This document shows, one piece after another, positions 27,558 through 35,335 of a DNA stretch of 64,000 nt. Source of the DNA: Candidatus Bathyarchaeota archaeon (lineage in GTDB: Archaea > Thermoproteota > Bathyarchaeia > 40CM-2-53-6 > JALHTG01); assembly GCA_022865705.1 (NCBI GenBank), contig JALHTG010000108.1, positions 627-64,626 of the forward strand, in the 5' to 3' direction. Each line of letters opens with the position of its first letter. The first letter of the stretch is position 1. The notes under the pieces are model-generated. The model saw only the letters and a program-made list of their open reading frames with translations. It made no database searches and had not been told where the DNA came from. A program made the position numbers and the translations under genes.

Positions 27558-27779
27558 CGTTTACACGATTGAATGGCGTATACACATATTTAAGCTGATC
27601 TGGACCATTCTGTGTGAACAAAGTGACTAGCAGTCACCTACAATAGGCTTTGCGAACACCGCTCGTCACCAAATCAAGCGAAACCCAGCTAGCGAAGACA
27701 GTGTTGTTGACCATACTCAAATAGAACGTTAAGTGTTCTCCCTAGTCGAGGTCGTTCAGCAGGCTGATATCTTCGGATA

Positions 27780-28304
27780 TTGGGATACATGCTCTTCAGA
27801 ACTTACGGGCCGGCCGGCCATCTGAAACGGCTCAGCGGACGCGAAGCCCACCATAGAAGAAACGTGAACCATGTCATCAGCAAGAAGCTGGTGGTGAAAG
27901 CGAAAGACACTGGGCGCGCAATCGTCCTGGAAAAGCTGAAAGGCATACGCGGCCAGACAACGGTTAGGAAAGCTCAGCGTCACCGCCACAGCTCTTGGGG
28001 ATTCGGGCAGATGAGAAACTTCATCGAATACAAGGCAAGACTCGCTGGAACTCAAGTCGTGGCCGTGAATCCGAGAGGAACCTCCCACATATGTCCTCGT
28101 TGTGGGCCTGAAGCAAAGCAGAACCGTCCGACAAGAGATCGATTCGAATGTGTAGGATACGGCTTCGCTGGGCCTGCGGACTACATAGCGAGGTTAAACA
28201 TCGCCGCAAGGGGCGCAGTCAGTCGCCCTATCGTTCCGAGGACCTTTTTGGAGCATCAAGCTCACCTCAGGGACAAGCCAACAATTTCAATCGTTGGTAG
28301 CTGA
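27780..28304 (+). mobile_element. TnpB (IS200/IS605 OrfB) C-terminal fragment, degenerate
   Basis: HVISKKLVVKAKDTGRAIVLEKLKGI (RuvC-II Glu), SHICPRCG zinc-ribbon half, ADYIARLNIAARG. The second CxxC is degraded (ECVGYG). Homology begins at the GGCCGGCCGGCC site at 27808. The N-terminal two thirds are absent. Confidence 0.7.
27808..27819. repeat. GGCCGGCCGGCC (two overlapping GGCCGGCC)
   Basis: Read directly. TnpB-fragment homology begins here. Confidence 0.95.
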
Positions 28305-28454
28305 CTCCGCTGCTGATATTGTGTATTCGCGCGTTTCCCTCAAGAATCTGTTTTCAAGAGCCAGTGTGATCTTCTCGTCGCTTAACCTTTTTACATCAGC
28401 GTCCAATGAGTTCCTATTGGCAACCAGCTTCTCAACTTCCTCCTCCATCTTCCT

Positions 28455-28868
28455 TCAACCAAAGAATCGTTGAATGAAGCTGCGACAGTCTTCCAGTGCC
28501 TTCTTGACCCTTGGAAACACATGGCCCACTATCACCTCATACTGTTCAGAAGGGTGCTCGTAGGGATACCGGAATCTTGCTCTGCTTCTCGCCAAGTCAT
28601 CGGCGACATCAGCTATGCTCTTGATCTGTTTCGCGAACCACTGAGGATACTTCTCCCTCATCTCATAGAGGAAGCGTCCCACGGTGTGCGTCTTAGGGTA
28701 ATCCATACCGTAAGCCAACAGCACCGCCTTGACTGCGTATTCCGAGCACTCCTGAAGATATTTCAACGCGCCGGCGTAGTCCTTCTCTTTCAGACTCGCC
28801 ATGGCGCTTCTGAACTCGCGCTCCGCGCTCGCGATCGCCTTCTCAGCACCGGTCTTGTTGACGGCCAT
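28455..28868 (-). CDS. HEPN domain protein
   Basis: 137 aa. EYAVKAVLLAYG helix and RARFRYPYEH (Rx4-6H-like). Confidence 0.7.
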   Translation of the reverse strand: MAVNKTGAEKAIASAEREFRSAMASLKEKDYAGALKYLQECSEYAVKAVLLAYGMDYPKTHTVGRFLYEMREKYPQWFAKQIKSIADVADDLARSRARFRYPYEHPSEQYEVIVGHVFPRVKKALEDCRSFIQRFFG

Positions 28869-28872
28869 CCAT

Positions 28873-29724
28873 CTATCCCAAATCTATCCTGATCTGTTCG
28901 CCGAAGGTGACATGGGGCTTCAGAACCCAGCAATAGGTTCCGTCTGAGTATTCGATTCGAAAGGTTCCTAGGGCACCCAGAGCTTCCTTAAGCCTGATCA
29001 TTAATTTCTGAAAGAACTCCTCCCTGTCGAATAGAACCGCTCTATGACGAAGCATGTCAAGATATGTGGATTGAAAACTCTCCGCATCGCTCTTCCGTAA
29101 GGACGCCGTGGTCACTTCTGGATATCCGCAAAATCCTCGCACTCTAAACCAGTAGTCGCAGGTCCTATACTCCCATGTGGATCGGAAACATCTGAAGACA
29201 CTTCCTTCACGTTGCCAAGCGTTCCTCGCACAGTCTTCCAGCACGTAAAGCAGATCTATGTCGCTTCCATCAAGTTGAAATGTGTCTTTCACAACAGACC
29301 CATAGAGGACGAGCGAAACGAGTTCATTACCGAACTCGTGAACGAAGAGCTCCGTCAGACGCCTGAGCGACGCTCGGATCCATCCATTGCGCATCTTGAC
29401 GAACTCCTCACAGTTCACCCCCCTGCGTTTGACCTTTTCCTCTAGTTCAGCAATTCGGAGCGCAGCCTCGAAGCCTTCACCAGTAATCCTGTATCGGCCT
29501 TCGTTCTTCTGGATTTGACCCTCAGCACACAATTCCCTCAGACGTCTGGTAAGTGTCCTTGTGTTGGTCACCGTCTCATTCAACTGTTTGAACCTAGCCT
29601 CCCCCACAGAAAGTCGACGCAGAACATCTGCGGCCCCTTCCCTCGACAAGAAATCTAGCCTCAAGTTGCTGTACCGTGGTAAAGCACACTTTAAGCGGAC
29701 TAATAAGCATAGAGACGCCGCCAA
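28873..29724 (-). CDS. Winged-helix (HxlR/ArsR-like) domain fused to a nucleotidyltransferase domain, partner of the HEPN protein
   Basis: N-terminal ARFKQLNETVTNTRTLTRRLRELCAEGQIQ. NTase core LVLYGSVVKDTFQLDGSDIDLLYVLED. Confidence 0.6.
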   Translation of the reverse strand: MAASLCLLVRLKCALPRYSNLRLDFLSREGAADVLRRLSVGEARFKQLNETVTNTRTLTRRLRELCAEGQIQKNEGRYRITGEGFEAALRIAELEEKVKRRGVNCEEFVKMRNGWIRASLRRLTELFVHEFGNELVSLVLYGSVVKDTFQLDGSDIDLLYVLEDCARNAWQREGSVFRCFRSTWEYRTCDYWFRVRGFCGYPEVTTASLRKSDAESFQSTYLDMLRHRAVLFDREEFFQKLMIRLKEALGALGTFRIEYSDGTYCWVLKPHVTFGEQIRIDLG

Positions 29725-29755
29725 GCCTCTCTAGAGATTTCTATCGTAGGCCCTT

Positions 29756-29938
29756 GTGTGGGTGAACGCGGGCGCTACGCATCAAGAATTCATCCGCTAC
29801 TGGAACTATCAGCGGCCACATCAAGGCATAAGCTACCTATACCCTGCAGACATATGCTTCCGCGACCTAAAGAATGAGACACATGTTGATGGATGGAGGA
29901 ATGCTCGGATATCTTACAGTAACCTTTGTCATATCTGA
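29756..29938 (+). pseudogene. C-terminal fragment of a DDE (rve-type) integrase/transposase
   Basis: FIRYWNYQRPHQGISYLYPADI matches the conserved YNxxRPHxxL tail of rve-domain transposases. Nothing upstream of it. Confidence 0.55.
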
Positions 29939-30091
29939 CTTCGGAGATTTTGCATAGTTAGCGAGGAAGTTCCATCCTAGCCCAAACCATGCTCTCATAG
30001 AGCCTAAAGGTAGCGCGGTAGGGTTTGAATGGCGGACAATATGTACCTATGTCAAGCGCGAGCTCCCATGTCCGTCGCTGACTCGCAGTAT

Positions 30092-32929
30092 CTAGGATTG
30101 AAGCACGATGATTTGAGTTTGGGCTATTGCTGTCGGTTTCGGTGGGAACAGTCCGACGAAGACTTGGTAGTGCCCGGTGCTGGCTGTTGAAGGAACTTGC
30201 CAGGTGAATTGGAATCTTCCTCTTCCGCTGGCAGTCACAGTGATGTTTTGGGCATCAAAGTACCAGTAGCCTCCCGGTCCGGTCACTTCAAAGTACAGTG
30301 TTGTTGTCAGGGGAGAATCAGTATTGTTGAGCAAGACGTCGAAAGTTGCTGAGCTCCCTCTCGTTGTTGAGTCGGGTCCTGAAACTAGAAGCGTGACTCG
30401 CTTGAAGGTTCCTGTGACGGTCAGAGAAACGGTGGAGCTTGTCGAGCCTTCATAATTTGAGTCTCCGCTCCAACTCGCTTTGATCTGATAGGTGCTCGGA
30501 TAAGGCGGATACCAGGCAACAGAATACGCTCCGCCCCCACCAGTCTTTGTTGTGATGAAGGTGTTCCATGTCGCGCCGTCTAGACTGTAGCTCAGAGTAA
30601 CCGTCGTTCCTGTAGGTATTCCTGGTGAGGGTTGAGTTGGAGTCACTGTGCCAGAGAGAGTCACAGAAGCACCTAGCGCTATCGATCCAGCAGACAGTCC
30701 GAGCGATACGGAGGAAGTACCGCGGAAGAAAGCAGTCAGGCCGTGAGCAGAGTTCATAAGAATGGAGTATGACGGGATGGTTCCCACGTTCACTCCATCC
30801 AGACTCCAGTAGTAGAAGGAGTAACCTGTGTTTGGTGTGGCTATGACTGAAGCTGTGGTGCCGTCGTCTCGCCACCCGGAGCCAACTGAGAGACTTCCGG
30901 CGCCTGTCGGGCTGACCGAAGTAGTAAGCATGTACTGCTTCTTGAAAATAGCAGTGTATGTGGTTGCTGACCAAGGCGTCGTTATAGTATGCGATTGAGC
31001 CCCACTGTCACTCCAAGAGATCCACACAAATTGAACCCCCGTCCCACCGCTCACCGGGGAGTTTGCGGTAAGTGTATGCGTTGATCCCTGAGTCCACGTG
31101 AATACCTGAGGCGTGATGACTGGAAAACCGTCAACCATAACGAAACCCGAGCCAGTAGGGCTGGAGGTTATCGTGATCTGAGGTGTTGATATTGTGAGCT
31201 GATCTGAGACTATCGTACCCTGTCCTTCTGTGTTCCAAGCTACAGTAAGAAACTTGTATGTGGCTCCAGGAAGGTCTGGAGAGACAGTGAAGGTGTATTC
31301 CTCGAACGGAGAGTCGAATGCTCCGTCGATAGCCGTGGTTGATACTTTGTCCCGGATCTTGGTCCCTGAGAGATCTTCGACCCAATACTCAACAAGCCAG
31401 ATCTTGTTGACTGTAATGTCATTTCTTGGAGTATAGTATGGATTGCTATTGGGATAGCATTGTCTTGATGATGCCTGACCTGTGTATGTGGGAGTCGTGT
31501 CACTCGTCGGGTCGGGCGTGTACGCATTCAAAGTGTTTCCTGGCCAAAAGTCAACGATATCAAGTACACCGTTCCCATCAGTGTCTCTCCATCCGATATG
31601 CCCCTTGGTGTATTGACACACGGAACCTGAGGTATACGGGCTTACTTGGCCTCTCATTATGCAGGGAACATTGCTTGATCCACTTCTCCCAGGTCCTTGC
31701 AGATTCTGGTTTTCGACTGCCAAGTACCCGTATCTATCGGTTGGATATCCAGGATCATTGTAACCTGGCACATAATACTCATCCGCAGCATAGAAGAGGT
31801 GTCCCATTTCATGCGCGGTTACCGCGTCCATGTTGGCAATCCCATAGTTGTCATTCTTGTACGTCATAACCATGAACGGCCCGCCGAGGTACGCGTACGC
31901 GAAGTATCCGTCTGAGAAACATCCATCCGCATCATTGCTACTGTCCACGACAAAGATGACTGTTACCCAGTCAGTCTTGTATCGGTTTCTGAGATCATTG
32001 GCGTAGGAGTACACTCTGTTGCCATAGTCGCCGGAAGAGAATCCAATGCTGCTCATGACTTCCGAGATCCACAAATCCTCGTCCGATGATGACCTAGCTA
32101 TCGGTTCATACCGTGTCGACACGGTCAAGACTTCATATTGGAAGCTCAGGTGAGCAAGGGGCCCCCGGTTCTTCCACCAATCCATGGCCGCCGTTATTTC
32201 ACTGATGACGTTGTTCTGTTCTGTTGGAGTCCAGTCTTCTCTATTTGTGTCAATGACGCCGTTGCTTTCTGGCATGATCACTCCTACAGCGATTGTAGGG
32301 TTCACATAGAACGCGTTACCGATCATATACTCACTTATGTCATAGAACCCTGCGCCATACGGAGGCACGAACAAAGGGCTCTCCAATCCTGTTGTGTTCT
32401 GTTGTCGCCTGGGCAATCTAGCGTCATTAGTTATGGGGTCGGGGTCGCGAGATCCTTGCTGAGGTCGAAGACCTTTCTGCTCCGCATGTCCCTTGAAGTT
32501 GTTGTTCCATGCCTCTGCCGCCATTGTGACGACTTTTCCATGTTTCTCCACGGTTGACAGATCTACCGCGTCATATGTGATGTTCAATATTCCTTTCTTG
32601 CCTAGTAGCTCATTTTTCTGTGATTTTGGGACTTTCCCTATGAATGCACGTGTGGAGAAGACGTGACTGATGCTTCCCCCCGCCTTCTGGACAAGCCTCA
32701 TACTTTCTGCCATCGATTCCGATGTCTCTGTTGACAGAAGGACGAATGCATCTTCCATGTTTTCTTTGTGAGTGGTTGTTGTTTGTGATGCATTCGAAGA
32801 GGTGACAAGAACTCTTCCAAGTGGTGTGTCAACATGCGAATTCATGATCAAGAGGACAGCAAGGAATATTACGATCATGGAAGGTGTTCGTGATCTTCGA
32901 TCGATGAACACTATGGTATTACCATTCAT
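30092..32929 (-). CDS. Large secreted zinc metalloprotease-like protein with repeated beta-rich (InlB B-repeat-like and Ig-like) C-terminal domains
   Basis: HExxH in VTAHEMGHLFYAADEY. Signal anchor MIVIFLAVLLIMNS. Repeats such as YMLTTSVSPTGAGSLSV...GYSFYYWSLDG. The true start lies between 32878 and 33046. Confidence 0.65.
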   Translation of the reverse strand: MNGNTIVFIDRRSRTPSMIVIFLAVLLIMNSHVDTPLGRVLVTSSNASQTTTTHKENMEDAFVLLSTETSESMAESMRLVQKAGGSISHVFSTRAFIGKVPKSQKNELLGKKGILNITYDAVDLSTVEKHGKVVTMAAEAWNNNFKGHAEQKGLRPQQGSRDPDPITNDARLPRRQQNTTGLESPLFVPPYGAGFYDISEYMIGNAFYVNPTIAVGVIMPESNGVIDTNREDWTPTEQNNVISEITAAMDWWKNRGPLAHLSFQYEVLTVSTRYEPIARSSSDEDLWISEVMSSIGFSSGDYGNRVYSYANDLRNRYKTDWVTVIFVVDSSNDADGCFSDGYFAYAYLGGPFMVMTYKNDNYGIANMDAVTAHEMGHLFYAADEYYVPGYNDPGYPTDRYGYLAVENQNLQGPGRSGSSNVPCIMRGQVSPYTSGSVCQYTKGHIGWRDTDGNGVLDIVDFWPGNTLNAYTPDPTSDTTPTYTGQASSRQCYPNSNPYYTPRNDITVNKIWLVEYWVEDLSGTKIRDKVSTTAIDGAFDSPFEEYTFTVSPDLPGATYKFLTVAWNTEGQGTIVSDQLTISTPQITITSSPTGSGFVMVDGFPVITPQVFTWTQGSTHTLTANSPVSGGTGVQFVWISWSDSGAQSHTITTPWSATTYTAIFKKQYMLTTSVSPTGAGSLSVGSGWRDDGTTASVIATPNTGYSFYYWSLDGVNVGTIPSYSILMNSAHGLTAFFRGTSSVSLGLSAGSIALGASVTLSGTVTPTQPSPGIPTGTTVTLSYSLDGATWNTFITTKTGGGGAYSVAWYPPYPSTYQIKASWSGDSNYEGSTSSTVSLTVTGTFKRVTLLVSGPDSTTRGSSATFDVLLNNTDSPLTTTLYFEVTGPGGYWYFDAQNITVTASGRGRFQFTWQVPSTASTGHYQVFVGLFPPKPTAIAQTQIIVLQS

Positions 32930-33234
32930 GGCTGGCAGTGACCCCAAGTAGGCGTAAGTCAGAGAGAGTAGTGGGAAAGACTTCGTTTCCCGTGTTTGGT
33001 ATGTCTGGCCTTGACCAAAACATGAACGCCAAGGAAGCCACCGCAAGAGCGGTGGTCAGAAGTCCATTCTCCCTGCTTGGCATGAATGAAATCGTTGACT
33101 AGGTCGCTTGAGATCGAGATATTTGAATCATTGGCGCATGCATGCTAACATTGCCTCGTTTTCGCTCAAATGTTAGCGTGCGTCCGTCAGCGATTCTTGC
33201 CAGAGGTTCTACGGAGGAACTCAAGCCCATTACT

Positions 33235-33241
33235 CGCGCGC
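33235..33241. repeat. Alternating CG run, 7 nt (CTCGCGCGCAC)
   Basis: Intergenic, 8 nt from the stop of the 33249-33689 gene. Confidence 0.9.
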
Positions 33242-33248
33242 ACTCTTC

Positions 33249-33689
33249 TCAGGGAGTGACAATGGACCAATCGGAATCGTAGGCCTCCCAGTACGAGTTC
33301 TCAACGAACCGTATGACAACGCTAATCTTGTCACCAATCTTAAGATACTGATGGACTTTCCAAGTTGATACTGAGCCGATTCCGGAGAAGCGGATATTGA
33401 TCATGTCTCCAGCTTTGAATGTCGCGTTTGCCGAAATGACTTTAAGCGAGATTTCTACTGAGTATGGGTTCTTTGAGATCGACAGAACCTCTCCCGACGT
33501 GAGAATTGGCGATCCTACTTGTCGGGGAGTCAGGGCGCCCGTTGACGTCGGTGCAGTTGTAGTGACGACGGTTGTATGAGTGGTAACTGATACGAATGAG
33601 TTTGGAGACAAAGTTGGAAACCACTGGATAAGAGCACATGCCACCCAGAGCAGAGCTACTGCGCCGAACAGCCACCACAATCGGCCCAA
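33249..33689 (-). CDS. Small secreted or membrane-anchored protein, unknown function
   Basis: 146 aa. N-terminal TM segment LWWLFGAVALLWVACALI followed by a Thr-rich linker. Confidence 0.4.
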   Translation of the reverse strand: MGRLWWLFGAVALLWVACALIQWFPTLSPNSFVSVTTHTTVVTTTAPTSTGALTPRQVGSPILTSGEVLSISKNPYSVEISLKVISANATFKAGDMINIRFSGIGSVSTWKVHQYLKIGDKISVVIRFVENSYWEAYDSDWSIVTP

Positions 33690-33875
33690 GACGGATCAAG
33701 AAGAACGGTTCGGTTCACGTTCTTATGAAGGTTGAGAAGTATTCAGCAATCGGCATTTGTTCCCGGTTTTCTGCATTTACTTTCTTGAGCCGGTCACAAT
33801 TCTGCCCTGGAACTGTATGCTCACAATGGTCTGGCTCGCATGCTTGAGAGCTTACGCATAGTAGCGAAATGTTTC

Positions 33876-35099
33876 CTAGCTTACTTCAATTGCCACGTTG
33901 TAGTTGCTGACTCCTGAGAGTGAGATTAGTGCGGTCCAGGTTTGTGCTGAGCCTGGCGCGGTTATTGTGAATGTGGCTCTGTGTATGATCGAGTAGGTGC
34001 TTGTGCTCCCAGAGACGGTTATTGCTGTGCGGTCGTAGACGACTGCTCCAGACTCACCCAAGGTAGGTGTTCCGCCGGGACCGGCTATGGTTATGCTTCC
34101 TGATGGCGGTGATCCAGATCCACTCCAACTGTACGTCAAAGTCACTACGATTTGGGTTGCACTTGCTTTCACGTTGAAGCTGTAAGATGCAGGCGCTGAA
34201 ACAGTGAGAGTGACCGTTGCCGTATGAGTCCTAGTGCCGTCTGTAGCTGTTACGACTATTGACGAAGTTCCGCCCGGTGTAGTGATAGAGGTTGATACGG
34301 AGAGTGTGGCCGTCTTGGTTTGACTTGCTGCGAGACTTACCGAGTTCGGTGTAATCGTTCCCGTGGCACCGGATGGAAGACCAGAAGTGACGGAAAGACT
34401 CGCAGTGCCGCCACCATAGGTACTGGAAGCAGTCAAAGTGAGCGTGTATGAGGCGGAAGCTCCTGCGCCAACACTCTGCGAGGTTGGTGAGGCACTAATC
34501 GTGAAATCGCTTGGAGGTGGGGGAGGCGGGCCGGTTGAGTAGGTCACTCTCATATTGAACTGGACAACGGAATCCTGATATGAGCTAGAAGTCCAACTGG
34601 AATCGAAGGATCCGTACGACTTTGAGTAGAAGCTCCGGCTACCACTCGCGTAGTACAATTGCTTCATGGTTGAAACTTGAAGCGCAATCCAATACGTGCC
34701 AGAAGATACAGCAGTCTCTGTAACTGTGATATCCTGCCATCCAGTGCTTGAAGTTGCAGCTGTTGTTGCGCTTTCAACTTTGAGCGAGGCGGGCTTGTCG
34801 GTGCCAGCGCTGTAGAGGGCGACTCGAATGTCGCATGGTCCAGTTGCAGCCCAATTCACCCCTATACTCTGAACGTTGCATTCGGGGAGTGCTATTGGAG
34901 ACGCTATGACGTATCCCGGACCGGCATAACTGGTAGAACTAGTCCCGCCAATGGTGACAGCATCAGCCAAAACGATGGGTGATGACGACAGGGCAAGCAA
35001 TGCAACGACAGATAGGACATAGAGGGAGATCCTGATTCTCTGGCCGACGACAGCCATAGAATTCGCTGTCAGCAGTCTATTGTTCCCGCTGCTTAACAT
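33876..35099 (-). CDS. Secreted Ser/Thr-rich surface protein with poly-Pro linker and Ig-like repeats
   Basis: 407 aa. Signal anchor LYVLSVVALLALSS, PPPPPPSDFTISASPTSQSV, repeated TxTLTV-type beta strands. Confidence 0.5.
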   Translation of the reverse strand: MLSSGNNRLLTANSMAVVGQRIRISLYVLSVVALLALSSSPIVLADAVTIGGTSSTSYAGPGYVIASPIALPECNVQSIGVNWAATGPCDIRVALYSAGTDKPASLKVESATTAATSSTGWQDITVTETAVSSGTYWIALQVSTMKQLYYASGSRSFYSKSYGSFDSSWTSSSYQDSVVQFNMRVTYSTGPPPPPPSDFTISASPTSQSVGAGASASYTLTLTASSTYGGGTASLSVTSGLPSGATGTITPNSVSLAASQTKTATLSVSTSITTPGGTSSIVVTATDGTRTHTATVTLTVSAPASYSFNVKASATQIVVTLTYSWSGSGSPPSGSITIAGPGGTPTLGESGAVVYDRTAITVSGSTSTYSIIHRATFTITAPGSAQTWTALISLSGVSNYNVAIEVS

Positions 35100-35335
35100 G
35101 GAAAACAGCCTTTCCTACTCGGTCTAGAGCAGCGGATTTATCGCCTTTTGATTGATTTCAGGCAATATGTTTCCTTCCGGTTCGCTGGCGTGAACATATC
35201 CTGAATCCGCCAGTGTGAGATAGTGGGTGCGATAAGGTAGTATGTGGGTGGCCTGAACTGGAATCATACCTGCTTTAGTTGTAGGGGCAAAGACTTTTCA
35301 GGCCTGTTTCCTATCTCGCTTCAAGGCCTCCGGGG

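Noticed and set aside
12400-27819. Rare-cutter sites (FseI GGCCGGCC, BssHII GCGCGC, AscI-like) as cloning-linker or adapter contamination
   Set aside because: The flanking bases vary between copies. One site is in frame inside an ORF, and CG runs vary from 7 to 10 nt. This argues against a single synthetic linker. It cannot be fully excluded without read data, so it is listed as a refutation route.
10277-29938. Calling the motif-punctuated region an integron or a CRISPR array
   Set aside because: No IntI-type integrase and no attC-like imperfect inverted repeats with R'/R'' boxes are visible. Motif spacing is irregular (0.25-2.5 kb) and the repeats are only 8-12 nt. No cas genes are present. 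The integron comparison is kept only as an analogy in the findings.
30450-30974. 174-aa alternative-frame ORF within the metalloprotease gene (also 31426-31869 and 32138-32557, antisense)
   Set aside because: They are embedded in a 946-aa or longer frame with clear domain repeats, so they are judged spurious.
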